A stretch of 64,000 nt of DNA from Candidatus Omnitrophota bacterium (GTDB lineage: Bacteria > Omnitrophota > Gorgyraeia > Duberdicusellales > 4484-171), in assembly GCA_021735655.1 (NCBI GenBank), contig JAIPGM010000004.1:1-64000 (forward strand). Direction: 5' to 3'. Made by a program: the position numbers and the translations under genes. Below, piece after piece: positions 53,564 to 63,063 of the stretch. The notes under the pieces were generated by a model. The model was not told the DNA's origin. It did not search any database and was given only the letters and a program-made list of their open reading frames with translations. The stretch's first letter is position 1. The number at the start of each line of letters is the position of its first letter.

Positions 53564-54844
53564 TTAGAATGACTTAAACTGTTCTTTTGGCAAGTTAAAA
53601 TAGCCCATTTTGAGCTTAGGAAACTCTCTTTTGATAGATTTAAGCAGATATAAAATACCTTGAGCTTTTACATTTTTGGTTGGAATTATTTTTCGATAGA
53701 TCTCCGGATCCATATTCAAATTACGCCATTGAATCATATCAATCCCACTATTTTTTATAAGTTTAATCAAACTTTTTATTTGTTTGGTTGAATCTGAAAA
53801 ACCGGGAAAAACAAACAGATTTATCGAAACAAACTTATTATACCTTTTGGCTATCGCTATTGACTTTAAAACATCTGAAAAACTATATCCTTGGGGTTTA
53901 AAATATAGATCATAAAACCTCTTATCTGGACTATTCAAGCTCACCCGAAAAGAATCAATCCCAGCTAAGCATAAATTTTTAATCTTATTGGGCAAGCTAG
54001 CATTAGTATTCATATTGATCGTGCCTCGGGAAGTCAACTTCCTAACCTCAACCACAGCCCTAGCAAGGCTATCTGCGCCTAGCAATGGTTCGCCTTCGCA
54101 ACCCTGACCAAAGCTAACTATAGCTTCTTGGGCCACCCTCAAATGGTTACTCATAACCTCAACCAGCTCATCTCGATCAGGCATAAAACTAATCCGGTTA
54201 TGCGAAGCACAAAGACCTTCCTCTTGATGGCTCAAGCAACCCAAGCATTTTGCATTACAACTTCTGGCTGTCGGCAAAGGTGCCTCCCACCGCTGAAGAA
54301 ACAAATTTTTCGCGGCTAAGCAATTATAATTAAGAGCGCAATTAGCTAAGTGCTGATAAAGCCTATTTTTAGGATATCTTTTAAAAAAGCTTCTCACCCC
54401 TTCTTTAACTCGCTTACCATCGTAAAACCACGGGCTTTGGCGGACTCTTTTATCTACTCTTATAGCGCTAACAACAAAACGACCTCGATGAAAACCACAA
54501 GCAGTATAGGCCCAAAGCGGTAGACATTTTTTACTAATAACCTTTACTACTGGTAGATGTAACCTTAAATAAGCTGGAATCGGAAAAACTGCAACAGCAA
54601 AAACATCCTGGCCCTTAAATTTATCTAAAAGCTCAACTTTCTTGCTTTGAGGATTAAATCCCAGGGGTTTTCGCCCAGGCAGATAAAAAAGAGTTGAGCC
54701 CTTAGGCATTGCAATTATCTCCTGGCCCTTAGGTAAAGAATACTTTCCTAAGCTTTCAACCACCATCTTTAAGGTTGAGTGGTGGTAAACCTTACCCTTA
54801 GAATCGGAAAATAATAAATCAGGTAATTTGGCTATCGAACTCAT
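53564..54844 (-). CDS. radical SAM protein with about 190-aa N-terminal domain of unknown function
   Basis: CNAKCLGC (CxxxCxxC) at residues about 196-203. C-terminal half shows a TIM-barrel-like radical SAM pattern. The N-terminal domain has no recognisable motif. Length 426 aa. Confidence 0.5.
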   Translation of the reverse strand: MSSIAKLPDLLFSDSKGKVYHHSTLKMVVESLGKYSLPKGQEIIAMPKGSTLFYLPGRKPLGFNPQSKKVELLDKFKGQDVFAVAVFPIPAYLRLHLPVVKVISKKCLPLWAYTACGFHRGRFVVSAIRVDKRVRQSPWFYDGKRVKEGVRSFFKRYPKNRLYQHLANCALNYNCLAAKNLFLQRWEAPLPTARSCNAKCLGCLSHQEEGLCASHNRISFMPDRDELVEVMSNHLRVAQEAIVSFGQGCEGEPLLGADSLARAVVEVRKLTSRGTINMNTNASLPNKIKNLCLAGIDSFRVSLNSPDKRFYDLYFKPQGYSFSDVLKSIAIAKRYNKFVSINLFVFPGFSDSTKQIKSLIKLIKNSGIDMIQWRNLNMDPEIYRKIIPTKNVKAQGILYLLKSIKREFPKLKMGYFNLPKEQFKSF

Positions 54845-54869
54845 AAATCGCTATTTAAGGCGGGGTGAA

Positions 54870-56003
54870 TTAATTAAAAATCAAAATAAGACTACCGAGA
54901 ACAAAAAAAACAAAAGCCATAATTAACTTTATTAAGCCGACGTTTTTCTTTAAAAAGTTATTAAACTTTTGGGATCCTACCCCCACTAATGAAAGAATAA
55001 ACACGATCACTAAAGGAAAAATAAACATCAAATTATAAAGCACCAGATAAAACCAAGCTCTCAAGCGTAGCTGATCGCTCTTTAAAACAAAAACAATAGT
55101 CGGAAGATACAACTGTCCAGTACAAGCTGCTTCGAGCAAAGAGACCATAAACCCAACCGAAAAAGAAGTAATTGCTAACCCCCAAAGGCTATCCTTTTTC
55201 TTATCGCGAAGCTTTGAGCCAATAGTAAGATTTATTTTTTTCTTTAAGAATTTTGGCAACTGCAACAAAGCACCCTCTGACTTCTTGGTTATTTTAAAAT
55301 GGATATAATCATAAATTGCAAAGATACCCATAAAAAAGCAAAAAAAGCCGACAACATAATAAAACCACTTTATAAAAAAAGTAATATTACCCAAAGAGTA
55401 AAAAAACTCAAAAACTCCCAGACCAATTAAAAGATAAGTGATAAAAACAGCAAGGCAATATGAAATTCCTACATAAATTATCTCTCTCTTTTTGTAGCCA
55501 TAAATCGAAAGGAATGATATAAAGAATACAATCACCGCAAAGGCACAAGGATTAACCCCATCGGCCAAACCGCTACCCAGTATTGCAAGAAGCGAAAACT
55601 TTTTAAAAATATCCATTAAGTTTTGTTTAGAAAAGGCCGGTACTCCTACTTTAGTATCAATTACATCCTGAATAGCCTGATCAAGCCCAGCCTGGATTTC
55701 ACCAAAACCAACAAACATCTTATCCCCAACCACAATGCTAGGAACTAGAGCTTTTTCGCGGCCAAACTGCTCACTCAACGATTTAAGCATCTCTAGACTG
55801 GCTGGCTCGCTAACCCCTGACTCCAACCAATCAGCTTTACCTTTATATTTTTCTTTTAGCTCAGGCAAAAGTTCAGCCTTAACTTTATGGCAAACATGAC
55901 AACTAGAAGAAGTAAATACTAAAATTGTTGGCTTATCTTGCGCATAAGAATATCCAATGAGGCCTAAAAAGGCCATAGTTAAAATAATAATTATCTTTCT
56001 CAT
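54870..56003 (-). CDS. thioredoxin-fold (CxxC) domain fused to CcdA/DsbD-family membrane thiol-disulfide transporter
   Basis: Signal peptide followed by SSSCHVCHK (CxxC). Membrane domain with GVNPCAF and EAACTGQ cysteines, typical of CcdA/DsbD TM1/TM4. Length 377 aa. Confidence 0.6.
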   Translation of the reverse strand: MRKIIIILTMAFLGLIGYSYAQDKPTILVFTSSSCHVCHKVKAELLPELKEKYKGKADWLESGVSEPASLEMLKSLSEQFGREKALVPSIVVGDKMFVGFGEIQAGLDQAIQDVIDTKVGVPAFSKQNLMDIFKKFSLLAILGSGLADGVNPCAFAVIVFFISFLSIYGYKKREIIYVGISYCLAVFITYLLIGLGVFEFFYSLGNITFFIKWFYYVVGFFCFFMGIFAIYDYIHFKITKKSEGALLQLPKFLKKKINLTIGSKLRDKKKDSLWGLAITSFSVGFMVSLLEAACTGQLYLPTIVFVLKSDQLRLRAWFYLVLYNLMFIFPLVIVFILSLVGVGSQKFNNFLKKNVGLIKLIMAFVFFVLGSLILIFN

Positions 56004-56087
56004 AGTTAGGATTATACCAATTATTGCTAAAAAATCTATACCAGAATTTATATTTCAAAAACAAACAATTTAGGGTAAAATGTAACG

Positions 56088-58730
56088 ATGCTTTACGAAT
56101 TCATCGACAATCAAGGCACATTTAAAGTAAAAAATCCTCAAGGCCACAACCTATATTTCCCGCTTACCAATCGTGATGGCTCACTACTTAGCTCAATAAG
56201 CCCGAATCTTGCTGGAGATATAAAAGCTGACAACGACCATTTTATAACTCCGCCTCTTTCTTTGGTTGATATAAAGACTAACCTCCTTTGTCGACGAGAT
56301 TTCTTTATAAAAATTAGTTCTCCAAACATCAAAACAAAAAATAAAATTTTACGATTATCTAGCCCCTGGAAAGATACCCTCGAAGCAGGATTTCTCTACC
56401 ACAAAGTTATAAAAGAAAGTTCACAGCTAAAAGCAGAAGTTTTAAATTTTATCCCCTACAATCTCGGGGTTGAAATTACCTGGATAAAATTAATCAATAC
56501 AGGCAACACTGCCTTAGAAATAACTCCTACTTCCTTTATGCCTCTCTATGGCCGTGACGCTAATTGTCTTCGCGACCATCGCCACGTAAGTAGCCTCCTA
56601 AATCGAGTTGATCTGACTAAGCACGGAATATTGCTAAAGCCAACTATGGTTTTTGATGAAACCGGTCACAAGGCCAATGATGCAACTTATTTCTCTCTGG
56701 GTTTTCAAGATAACGCTAGAGCCCCATTAGGTCAATTCCCCAGCTTAAACTACTTCTGCGGCCAAGGCGATTTAATTAAACCTGATGCTATTGAGAAAAC
56801 TGTTAAGCCGATCACTAAAAACCAAAAGGAGTTTGACGGAAAAGAGACGATCGCGGCCTTGCTTTTTGATAAAAAAATATTAAAAAAATCGTCTGAAGTA
56901 AATTACTTTTTAATCACCGGTATGGTCAGAGCCTCTAAGGGCAAGGCTAAGCTAGCAATAAACAACATATTCTCAAAGCTAAACACACCGGCTAAAATTG
57001 AAAAAAGCCTATCGGACACTAAGCAATATTGGTTAAAAAATCTTAAAACAATAGACTTTGACTTCGCCAACAAAGATCTAAATAACTGGTTGCTCTGGGT
57101 TAAGTTGCAGCCAACCTTGCGCAAGCTATTCGGCAACTCGTTTCTGCCCCACTTTGACTACGGTAAGGGGGGCCGTGGCTGGCGCGACCTTTCACAAGAC
57201 GCTCTGGCCTTACTACTATCAGAACCGGACAAAGCTAAAAAAATAATTATCAATAATTTTAAAGGTGTCCGGCTGGATGGTTCCAATGCTACGATAATTA
57301 CTAAAAAGGGTGAGTTTCTTTCTGACCGAAACAGCATTCCCAGAGTCTGGATGGACCATGGCATCTGGCCCTACTTATCCCTGCGCCTATACATTAACCA
57401 AACAGCTGACCTTAATATTCTCAATAAAGATATTACCTATTTTAAAGATCACGTCCTAAAAAGAGCCAAGGAAGTCGACCAAAACTTCAAGCAAAAAGAT
57501 TTTTTGCTTCGCGATAAATCAAACCGTATTTATAAAGGCACTGTACTTGAACACATCTTAATTCAACATCTGGTTTCTTTTTTTAATGTTGGAAAACATA
57601 ATATCATCCGTCTAGAGAATGCTGACTGGAACGATGGCTTAGATATGGCCCCAGATTTAGGTGAAAGCGTAGCTTTTAGTTTCATGTACGCTCGGAATTT
57701 AAAAGATTTGGCTTGCCTCTTAAAGCAGCTGAAACAAAAGCAGAAAAAAATAATCTTGCTCAAAGAAATTTCTTTTCTGCTTGATCTAATAAAAAATCCC
57801 ATCAACTACAATGATTTTAAAAATAAACAGCAACGATTGAAAGATTTTTTTGAAAAAACAAAAAATATAGACGGAAAAAAAATTAGCTTGGAAATCGACG
57901 CAGTGATCAAAGATTTAGAAAATAAATCTGACCACCTGCTAAGTTGGCTTAAAAAAAAGGAATGGCTAAAAAATGGTTTCTTTAACGGCTATTACGATAA
58001 TAAAGGAAAAAGGGTTGAAGGCAAAATTAATAAAAAAATTAGGATAGCCCTACCTTCTCAAGTTTTTGCCTTAATGAATAAGGGCCTAGATTCTTATCAG
58101 CTTAAAAAAACTTGGAGCTCAATAAATAAATATTTAAAAGACCCAAAATTGGGTGGCTTTCGGCTAAATAGTGACTTTGGTTCAATTTATCTTGACTTAG
58201 GAAGGGCCTTTGGCTTTTCTTACGGCGACAAGGAAAATGGTGCTTTTTTTAACCATATGGTGATAATGCTTAGTTACGCTCTCTATGGCCAGGAATTAAG
58301 CCAAGAGGGCTCAATAGCCCTAGAATCCATCTATAAGATGGCAACCACCAAGGAAGCTAGAATCTACCCCGGGATTCCCGAATATTTTAACAGCCAAGGA
58401 AAAGGACTTTATCTCTATCTCACCGGATCGGCAAGCTGGTATATCTACACCCTTTTTGAAAAAGTCCTCGGAATTAAACTCACAATCGGTGACATACGTT
58501 TTAAACCGCTTTTAAACGCAGGAAATTTTTTTAAAGATAGGATAAAGGTCAGCTTTTCCTTAGGTAATAAAAAACTAACTATTTGCTACCAAAGAATCAG
58601 CAAAAACAAAATTCTTAAAATAAAAAAATTATTAGTAGCCGGCAAAAAAATAACACCTAAGAATAATAGCTACCTAATAAAAAGAAATTCTTTGAGTAAA
58701 AATACTAGGATTACAGTTTACTTGGGGTAG
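56088..58730 (+). CDS. large (alpha/alpha)6-barrel glycoside phosphorylase/hydrolase-like protein (GH94-like)
   Basis: 880 aa. The motif ENADWNDGLDM resembles the GH94 catalytic-Asp region (DWNDG). The size matches cellobiose/chitobiose phosphorylase-class enzymes. Confidence 0.45.
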   Translation: MLYEFIDNQGTFKVKNPQGHNLYFPLTNRDGSLLSSISPNLAGDIKADNDHFITPPLSLVDIKTNLLCRRDFFIKISSPNIKTKNKILRLSSPWKDTLEAGFLYHKVIKESSQLKAEVLNFIPYNLGVEITWIKLINTGNTALEITPTSFMPLYGRDANCLRDHRHVSSLLNRVDLTKHGILLKPTMVFDETGHKANDATYFSLGFQDNARAPLGQFPSLNYFCGQGDLIKPDAIEKTVKPITKNQKEFDGKETIAALLFDKKILKKSSEVNYFLITGMVRASKGKAKLAINNIFSKLNTPAKIEKSLSDTKQYWLKNLKTIDFDFANKDLNNWLLWVKLQPTLRKLFGNSFLPHFDYGKGGRGWRDLSQDALALLLSEPDKAKKIIINNFKGVRLDGSNATIITKKGEFLSDRNSIPRVWMDHGIWPYLSLRLYINQTADLNILNKDITYFKDHVLKRAKEVDQNFKQKDFLLRDKSNRIYKGTVLEHILIQHLVSFFNVGKHNIIRLENADWNDGLDMAPDLGESVAFSFMYARNLKDLACLLKQLKQKQKKIILLKEISFLLDLIKNPINYNDFKNKQQRLKDFFEKTKNIDGKKISLEIDAVIKDLENKSDHLLSWLKKKEWLKNGFFNGYYDNKGKRVEGKINKKIRIALPSQVFALMNKGLDSYQLKKTWSSINKYLKDPKLGGFRLNSDFGSIYLDLGRAFGFSYGDKENGAFFNHMVIMLSYALYGQELSQEGSIALESIYKMATTKEARIYPGIPEYFNSQGKGLYLYLTGSASWYIYTLFEKVLGIKLTIGDIRFKPLLNAGNFFKDRIKVSFSLGNKKLTICYQRISKNKILKIKKLLVAGKKITPKNNSYLIKRNSLSKNTRITVYLG

Positions 58731-58749
58731 GAAATTCTACCGATATATT

Positions 58750-59250
58750 TTAAAAACCTATCGAAAGAATAAGTTTCGTTTGGTCATTAATATTAACCAA
58801 TTCAACAGTACTTTCAGTAATCTCAACCACTCTATACTCACCAACCAAATCTTCTTCCTTAAGAGTATTACCATTAATGATTGCAACCGGAAAATCTAAA
58901 TCATAGATAATCCCATCAAGACGATAGACCCCTGCTTTTCCTGACCCAGGGACACTCTTTGAGGGAAGTGGCAACTTAAAACCTAAAGATTTTTGTTGAT
59001 CAGACAAGTCTCCTTTCTTTATTAGCGAAAATAAAGAGCTGGCTTTTTCTAGCAAGTATTGTCGGCCAACAGTGAAAGAAAAAACTAAAATAGTTACCGC
59101 TAAAATTACTATTAAAATCGAAATAATTTTTTTGTTCAATGACCACCTTGACTTTTTAGGCTGGGTTAAATTTTTACCTGGCTCTTCTTGAGAGCTACCC
59201 GATTTATCATTACCTTCCAACTTTTTTAAAGCATCATAAATTATACTCAC
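58750..59250 (-). CDS. GspB/T2SSB-like pilus or secretion accessory protein (single TM)
   Basis: One TM helix. C-terminal LDGIIY...VAIINGNTLKEEDLVGEYRVVEI...VEL, which is T2SSB-domain-like. Follows the ExeA-like ATPase, as gspA-gspB does. Confidence 0.45.
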   Translation of the reverse strand: MSIIYDALKKLEGNDKSGSSQEEPGKNLTQPKKSRWSLNKKIISILIVILAVTILVFSFTVGRQYLLEKASSLFSLIKKGDLSDQQKSLGFKLPLPSKSVPGSGKAGVYRLDGIIYDLDFPVAIINGNTLKEEDLVGEYRVVEITESTVELVNINDQTKLILSIGF

Positions 59251-60044
59251 TGCAACTCCTTAATACATGAAGAGAACATCTCTGGACCAAAAATACTTTT
59301 TTCTTTAACAAATCCTAAAAGTAAAACTCGATCACAAAGCATATTAACTAAACGAGGAATCCCTTTAGAAAATTCATAAATTAACTTAAAAGACTCTGGG
59401 GCAATTACGATATGTTCAGCCTCAGCTTGTCTTAACCGAAAATTAACATACCGCTCCACTTCAGCCTGGTTTAAAGGACTAAGGTTATGTTTTACGAAAA
59501 TACGTTGATGTATTTGTCGTAAATCAAACCGATTAAGCTTTTCAGTCAACTCCGGCTGGCCAACAAGAACAATTTGCAACAACTTATCAGTTGAAGTTTC
59601 TAAGTTAGAAAGTAGGCGGATTTGTTCTAACTGACGATTGCTTAAATCCTGAGCTTCATCAATAATGACTACTGCCTTTTCACCCCTCAAATTAATATCG
59701 ACCAAAAAAGAATTTAGGGCATTGACAATATCGAGACGGGTTTTCTTTTTAAGCTTCAAACCAAAATCCTCTACTATTGCTCGCAATAACTGAACCTCGC
59801 TAAAATAAGGATTAAGGATCAAAGAAGTCCTAGTGTTAGCCGAAATTCGATTAAGAAAAGCCTTACAAAGAGTAGTTTTACCTGTCCCTACTTCGCCAGT
59901 GATAAGAATAATGCCTTTTTTCTCTTGAACTCCATAAGATAACGCCGCCAATGCTTCCTTGTGAGATAAGCTCTCAAAGAAAAATTGTGGATCAGAAGTA
60001 ATATTGAAAGGTATCTTTTTTAAACCGTAAAGTTCTAGGTACAT
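59247..60044 (-). CDS. ExeA/GspA/MshM-like AAA ATPase
   Basis: Walker A GEVGTGKTT and Walker B IIDEAQ. Length 265 aa. Adjacent to the secretin. Confidence 0.75.
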   Translation of the reverse strand: MYLELYGLKKIPFNITSDPQFFFESLSHKEALAALSYGVQEKKGIILITGEVGTGKTTLCKAFLNRISANTRTSLILNPYFSEVQLLRAIVEDFGLKLKKKTRLDIVNALNSFLVDINLRGEKAVVIIDEAQDLSNRQLEQIRLLSNLETSTDKLLQIVLVGQPELTEKLNRFDLRQIHQRIFVKHNLSPLNQAEVERYVNFRLRQAEAEHIVIAPESFKLIYEFSKGIPRLVNMLCDRVLLLGFVKEKSIFGPEMFSSCIKELQ

Positions 60045-60077
60045 CTTTAGGCTCTATTGATGAAATCAGAAAGAAAA

Positions 60078-61610
60078 CTATTTTTCCTTCTTTTCATTTA
60101 GATTAAACTGAACCGGTATCTGACTTGCCCTTATAAGATCTTGACCGAATATTTCACCAGGCTGTACGATTTCAGCGGTGATAAAAATTAACAAATCAAT
60201 CTTATCAATGTCTTCGGTTTGACGCTTAAATAACCAACCAATTAAAGGTATCTTGCTTAAATAAGGTATACCAATATCATACCTGCTTTTTACATCTTTA
60301 AGCAAACCACCAATGACAATCGTCTCGCCGTCTTTAGTTATTACTTGAGTTTCTGCTTCTCGAGATGTAAGCCAAGGATAAGAAACAAGGGTGGTTTGAT
60401 TTTGATCAACGACTCCGATGTCACTTAAACGAGCGGTAACCGCCGGATGGACAATCATACTGATAAAATCTTCGTTCTCGCCGCAAATCTGAGGCACAAC
60501 ATTAAGTTGAATTCCAATATCCTGATAGAAATCTAGAGAACCGCCAGTAATCTGAGAAGTTTCACTACTGGTTTCGGTTTTAACAATTGGGTATTTCTGT
60601 CCAACAAGAATAGATGCTTCCTGGTTATTCAGAGTAAGGATTACCGGCGCCGAAAGCGTATTAGTCCGAACATCTTCCTCAAGAGCATGAATTATCATCT
60701 CAAACTCAGTACCAGTAAGCTTACGGTACAAAAATTGATAAGCATTAGAAGTGATACCGCTTGCCCCGGAAGGTGTTGATGATATTGAAGGTATCGGAGA
60801 TATCGCCCGAATTGCTGCCTGGCCAATAAGATCACCGGCACTATTTTTATCAGCATCTACATATTGAGCTGAGCTTGCAGTCGCTCCGGTTGTACCAGTT
60901 CCCCAGTCAAGACCAAAATCTTCAAGCACGTCTTTACTAACCTCCATAATCCTGGTTTTTATCAAAATCTGTTTCGGCATAACATCAATTTTTTCAAAAA
61001 GGGTATCTATCTCATCTAATTTCTTAGCAATATCGGAAACAACCATTATCTTAGTCCGAGAGGTTTTTCCTTCTTTGACTCTTTGTCTTTTAGTAACATC
61101 GGTACCAAACTCCCAACCAGCCTGGCCAGTAGTTTCTAAAACTGAAATTCTTCCCATCGGAGAAAGTAACGGCTCAATCATTTTCCTAGCATCATTAGCA
61201 TCGATGAATTTTAAGCGATAAACTTTAGTCCGAGCAGGCTCCACCTCCTGACGCTCTTTAGCTGAAGCTTCTCTTCCGCTTATCTTTTCAGTAGTGTCTA
61301 CCAAAACTATATTTTCTCCGACCCACTCATAACTATAATTATAGGGGCGGATGACTGCCTCAAGGGCAGTAAACCAATCTACTTGCTCTAAATTTATACT
61401 AACTAAACCTTGAACCTCGGGACTCACCACTATGTTGATTTTTTGACCTTCTTTGTAAGCTTTTTGAGCTATTGACTGAAGAACAATTTTGATGTCGACA
61501 TCTTTAAACTTAATTACCGATATTGACTCATTTTGAGCACACACAAAGCTAGCCGGGATCAAACAACAAACAATAAACAATAATATAATTGATTTTTTAT
61601 ATTTTTTCAC
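60078..61610 (-). CDS. secretin (MshL/PilQ/GspD family)
   Basis: Signal peptide, N-domains and a C-terminal secretin domain (IPYLSKIPLIGWLFKRQ...LLIFITAEIV). Length 510 aa. Confidence 0.85.
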   Translation of the reverse strand: MKKYKKSIILLFIVCCLIPASFVCAQNESISVIKFKDVDIKIVLQSIAQKAYKEGQKINIVVSPEVQGLVSINLEQVDWFTALEAVIRPYNYSYEWVGENIVLVDTTEKISGREASAKERQEVEPARTKVYRLKFIDANDARKMIEPLLSPMGRISVLETTGQAGWEFGTDVTKRQRVKEGKTSRTKIMVVSDIAKKLDEIDTLFEKIDVMPKQILIKTRIMEVSKDVLEDFGLDWGTGTTGATASSAQYVDADKNSAGDLIGQAAIRAISPIPSISSTPSGASGITSNAYQFLYRKLTGTEFEMIIHALEEDVRTNTLSAPVILTLNNQEASILVGQKYPIVKTETSSETSQITGGSLDFYQDIGIQLNVVPQICGENEDFISMIVHPAVTARLSDIGVVDQNQTTLVSYPWLTSREAETQVITKDGETIVIGGLLKDVKSRYDIGIPYLSKIPLIGWLFKRQTEDIDKIDLLIFITAEIVQPGEIFGQDLIRASQIPVQFNLNEKKEK

Positions 61611-61981
61611 TATTCCTCCAGTTCTAAAGTAAACCCTTGGTTATTTTTCTCTAGAATAACTTTCCTTCTTTCAATAGTTAAGACTTTATACTCACCAATC
61701 ATGTCTCCGATTTTAACTACTTCATTATTAATAATTGCCACTGATTCTTCTTCAGAGTATATTATACCTCCTAATTCCATGTTTGTAACGTCTGTTTCGC
61801 GAGGTATAAGAATTAGCCCATTTCGGCTAACTAAAGGGACAAACGGATCCCGGCTATTTAGCCCAAAAGAATATTTTTCTAAACTCGCATCGGTGGTCGC
61901 CGTTTGAGAGAATCCCAAAGTCGGCAAAACCAACAATAACGAAATAAAAAATACAACTATTACTTTTCGGCTATCGCGCAT
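61610..61981 (-). CDS. small secreted T2SSB-like domain protein (MshK/PilP position)
   Basis: Signal peptide. GGIIYSEEESVAIINNEVVKIGDMIGEYKVLTI..VIL, paralogous to the C-terminus of the 58750-59250 product. Length 123 aa. Confidence 0.4.
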   Translation of the reverse strand: MRDSRKVIVVFFISLLLVLPTLGFSQTATTDASLEKYSFGLNSRDPFVPLVSRNGLILIPRETDVTNMELGGIIYSEEESVAIINNEVVKIGDMIGEYKVLTIERRKVILEKNNQGFTLELEE

Positions 61982-62499
61982 ACTACTATTTCTATAGAAT
62001 TATAAGGGTAATCTGAAGAAACTTTTAACTCTTTAATATCAAAAAAATATTGGCTAGTTTGAAGATATTCCAAAAATAAAGCTAAGTTATGAAATTTAGC
62101 TTTGGCCTCTATACTGATTGGCAAATAGAATAAATTCTCTTCCGATTCCGCAAGATAGTTAATCAATTCGCCAGGGAGAAAAGACTTTATCTCTACCCCA
62201 AACTCCTTGCTAGCGGTTGAAATAAAAGATAGTGATTCTGAAGCTTCCTGAGAAAGAATGAGCTTGCTTCGACTATTCTCTATTTGATTTTTAAGCTCTT
62301 GATTAACCTTTGAATACTCATTAAGCCTAGGCCAATCATTCTCGGTGCTCTTAATTTGCTGACCGATTAAAGCGATTTTCTTATTAAGGCCAATCACTCT
62401 CTTTATGCTCCAAGGAAGCAAAATCAGTATTTCAATTACAATGACCGCGATTAAAAGTGAAAACGCAATTATTTTTTTATCAAAATTTATTTTTTGCAT
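61960..62499 (-). CDS. type IV pilus assembly protein PilO/MshJ-like
   Basis: N-terminal TM, a coiled-coil segment and a C-terminal PilO-like domain. Length 179 aa. Lies between PilN and the secretin. Confidence 0.5.
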   Translation of the reverse strand: MQKINFDKKIIAFSLLIAVIVIEILILLPWSIKRVIGLNKKIALIGQQIKSTENDWPRLNEYSKVNQELKNQIENSRSKLILSQEASESLSFISTASKEFGVEIKSFLPGELINYLAESEENLFYLPISIEAKAKFHNLALFLEYLQTSQYFFDIKELKVSSDYPYNSIEIVVCAIAEK

Positions 62500-63050
62500 T
62501 CGACAATGAATTTTAGAACCTCAGCATTATTGAAATTTTCCTTTTGGGATTCCTTTATTTCAACTACCGAGAATTGTGAAGAAAAGTACTCTCGCTCACG
62601 CAAAGATCTAATAAAATCATTTAAAGATACTAAAAAATCTTTATTCCATTTCACCACATAGCCTTGAATTTCTAGAGTTCCTTCCTGAAAATCTAAATTT
62701 TGAAACCATATGTTTTTAGGTAGTGAGAAAAAAATATCCCCTAAAATAAGGGACATTTTATAGCGCGGGGTTAAAACTTTATCTAACCTGTCGCGTTTTG
62801 TTTTTAAATTATTGGTTTGCTGCTTGATATCCTGCAGGGTTTTAGCTTTTGACTCCCATTGCTGCCAATTTTTAGCCTCAGAAGAGTAAGTATGGGCCTT
62901 TTTCAAAGCTATTACCTGAAGCAATAAAACCATGGCCAAGCCAACAATGGCAACCACAATCAACAAAGGAAGATAGGCGATTAAATTTCCTAAATCTAAT
63001 TTCATCGCCTTTTGTTTTTGAGGACTTAAATTTATAACTACTTTTTTCAT
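62487..63050 (-). CDS. type IV pilus assembly protein PilN-like
   Basis: N-terminal VINLSP (INLLP-like) motif followed by a single TM. Length 187 aa. Confidence 0.5.
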   Translation of the reverse strand: MKKVVINLSPQKQKAMKLDLGNLIAYLPLLIVVAIVGLAMVLLLQVIALKKAHTYSSEAKNWQQWESKAKTLQDIKQQTNNLKTKRDRLDKVLTPRYKMSLILGDIFFSLPKNIWFQNLDFQEGTLEIQGYVVKWNKDFLVSLNDFIRSLREREYFSSQFSVVEIKESQKENFNNAEVLKFIVECKK

Positions 63051-63063
63051 GCTAATAAATACA

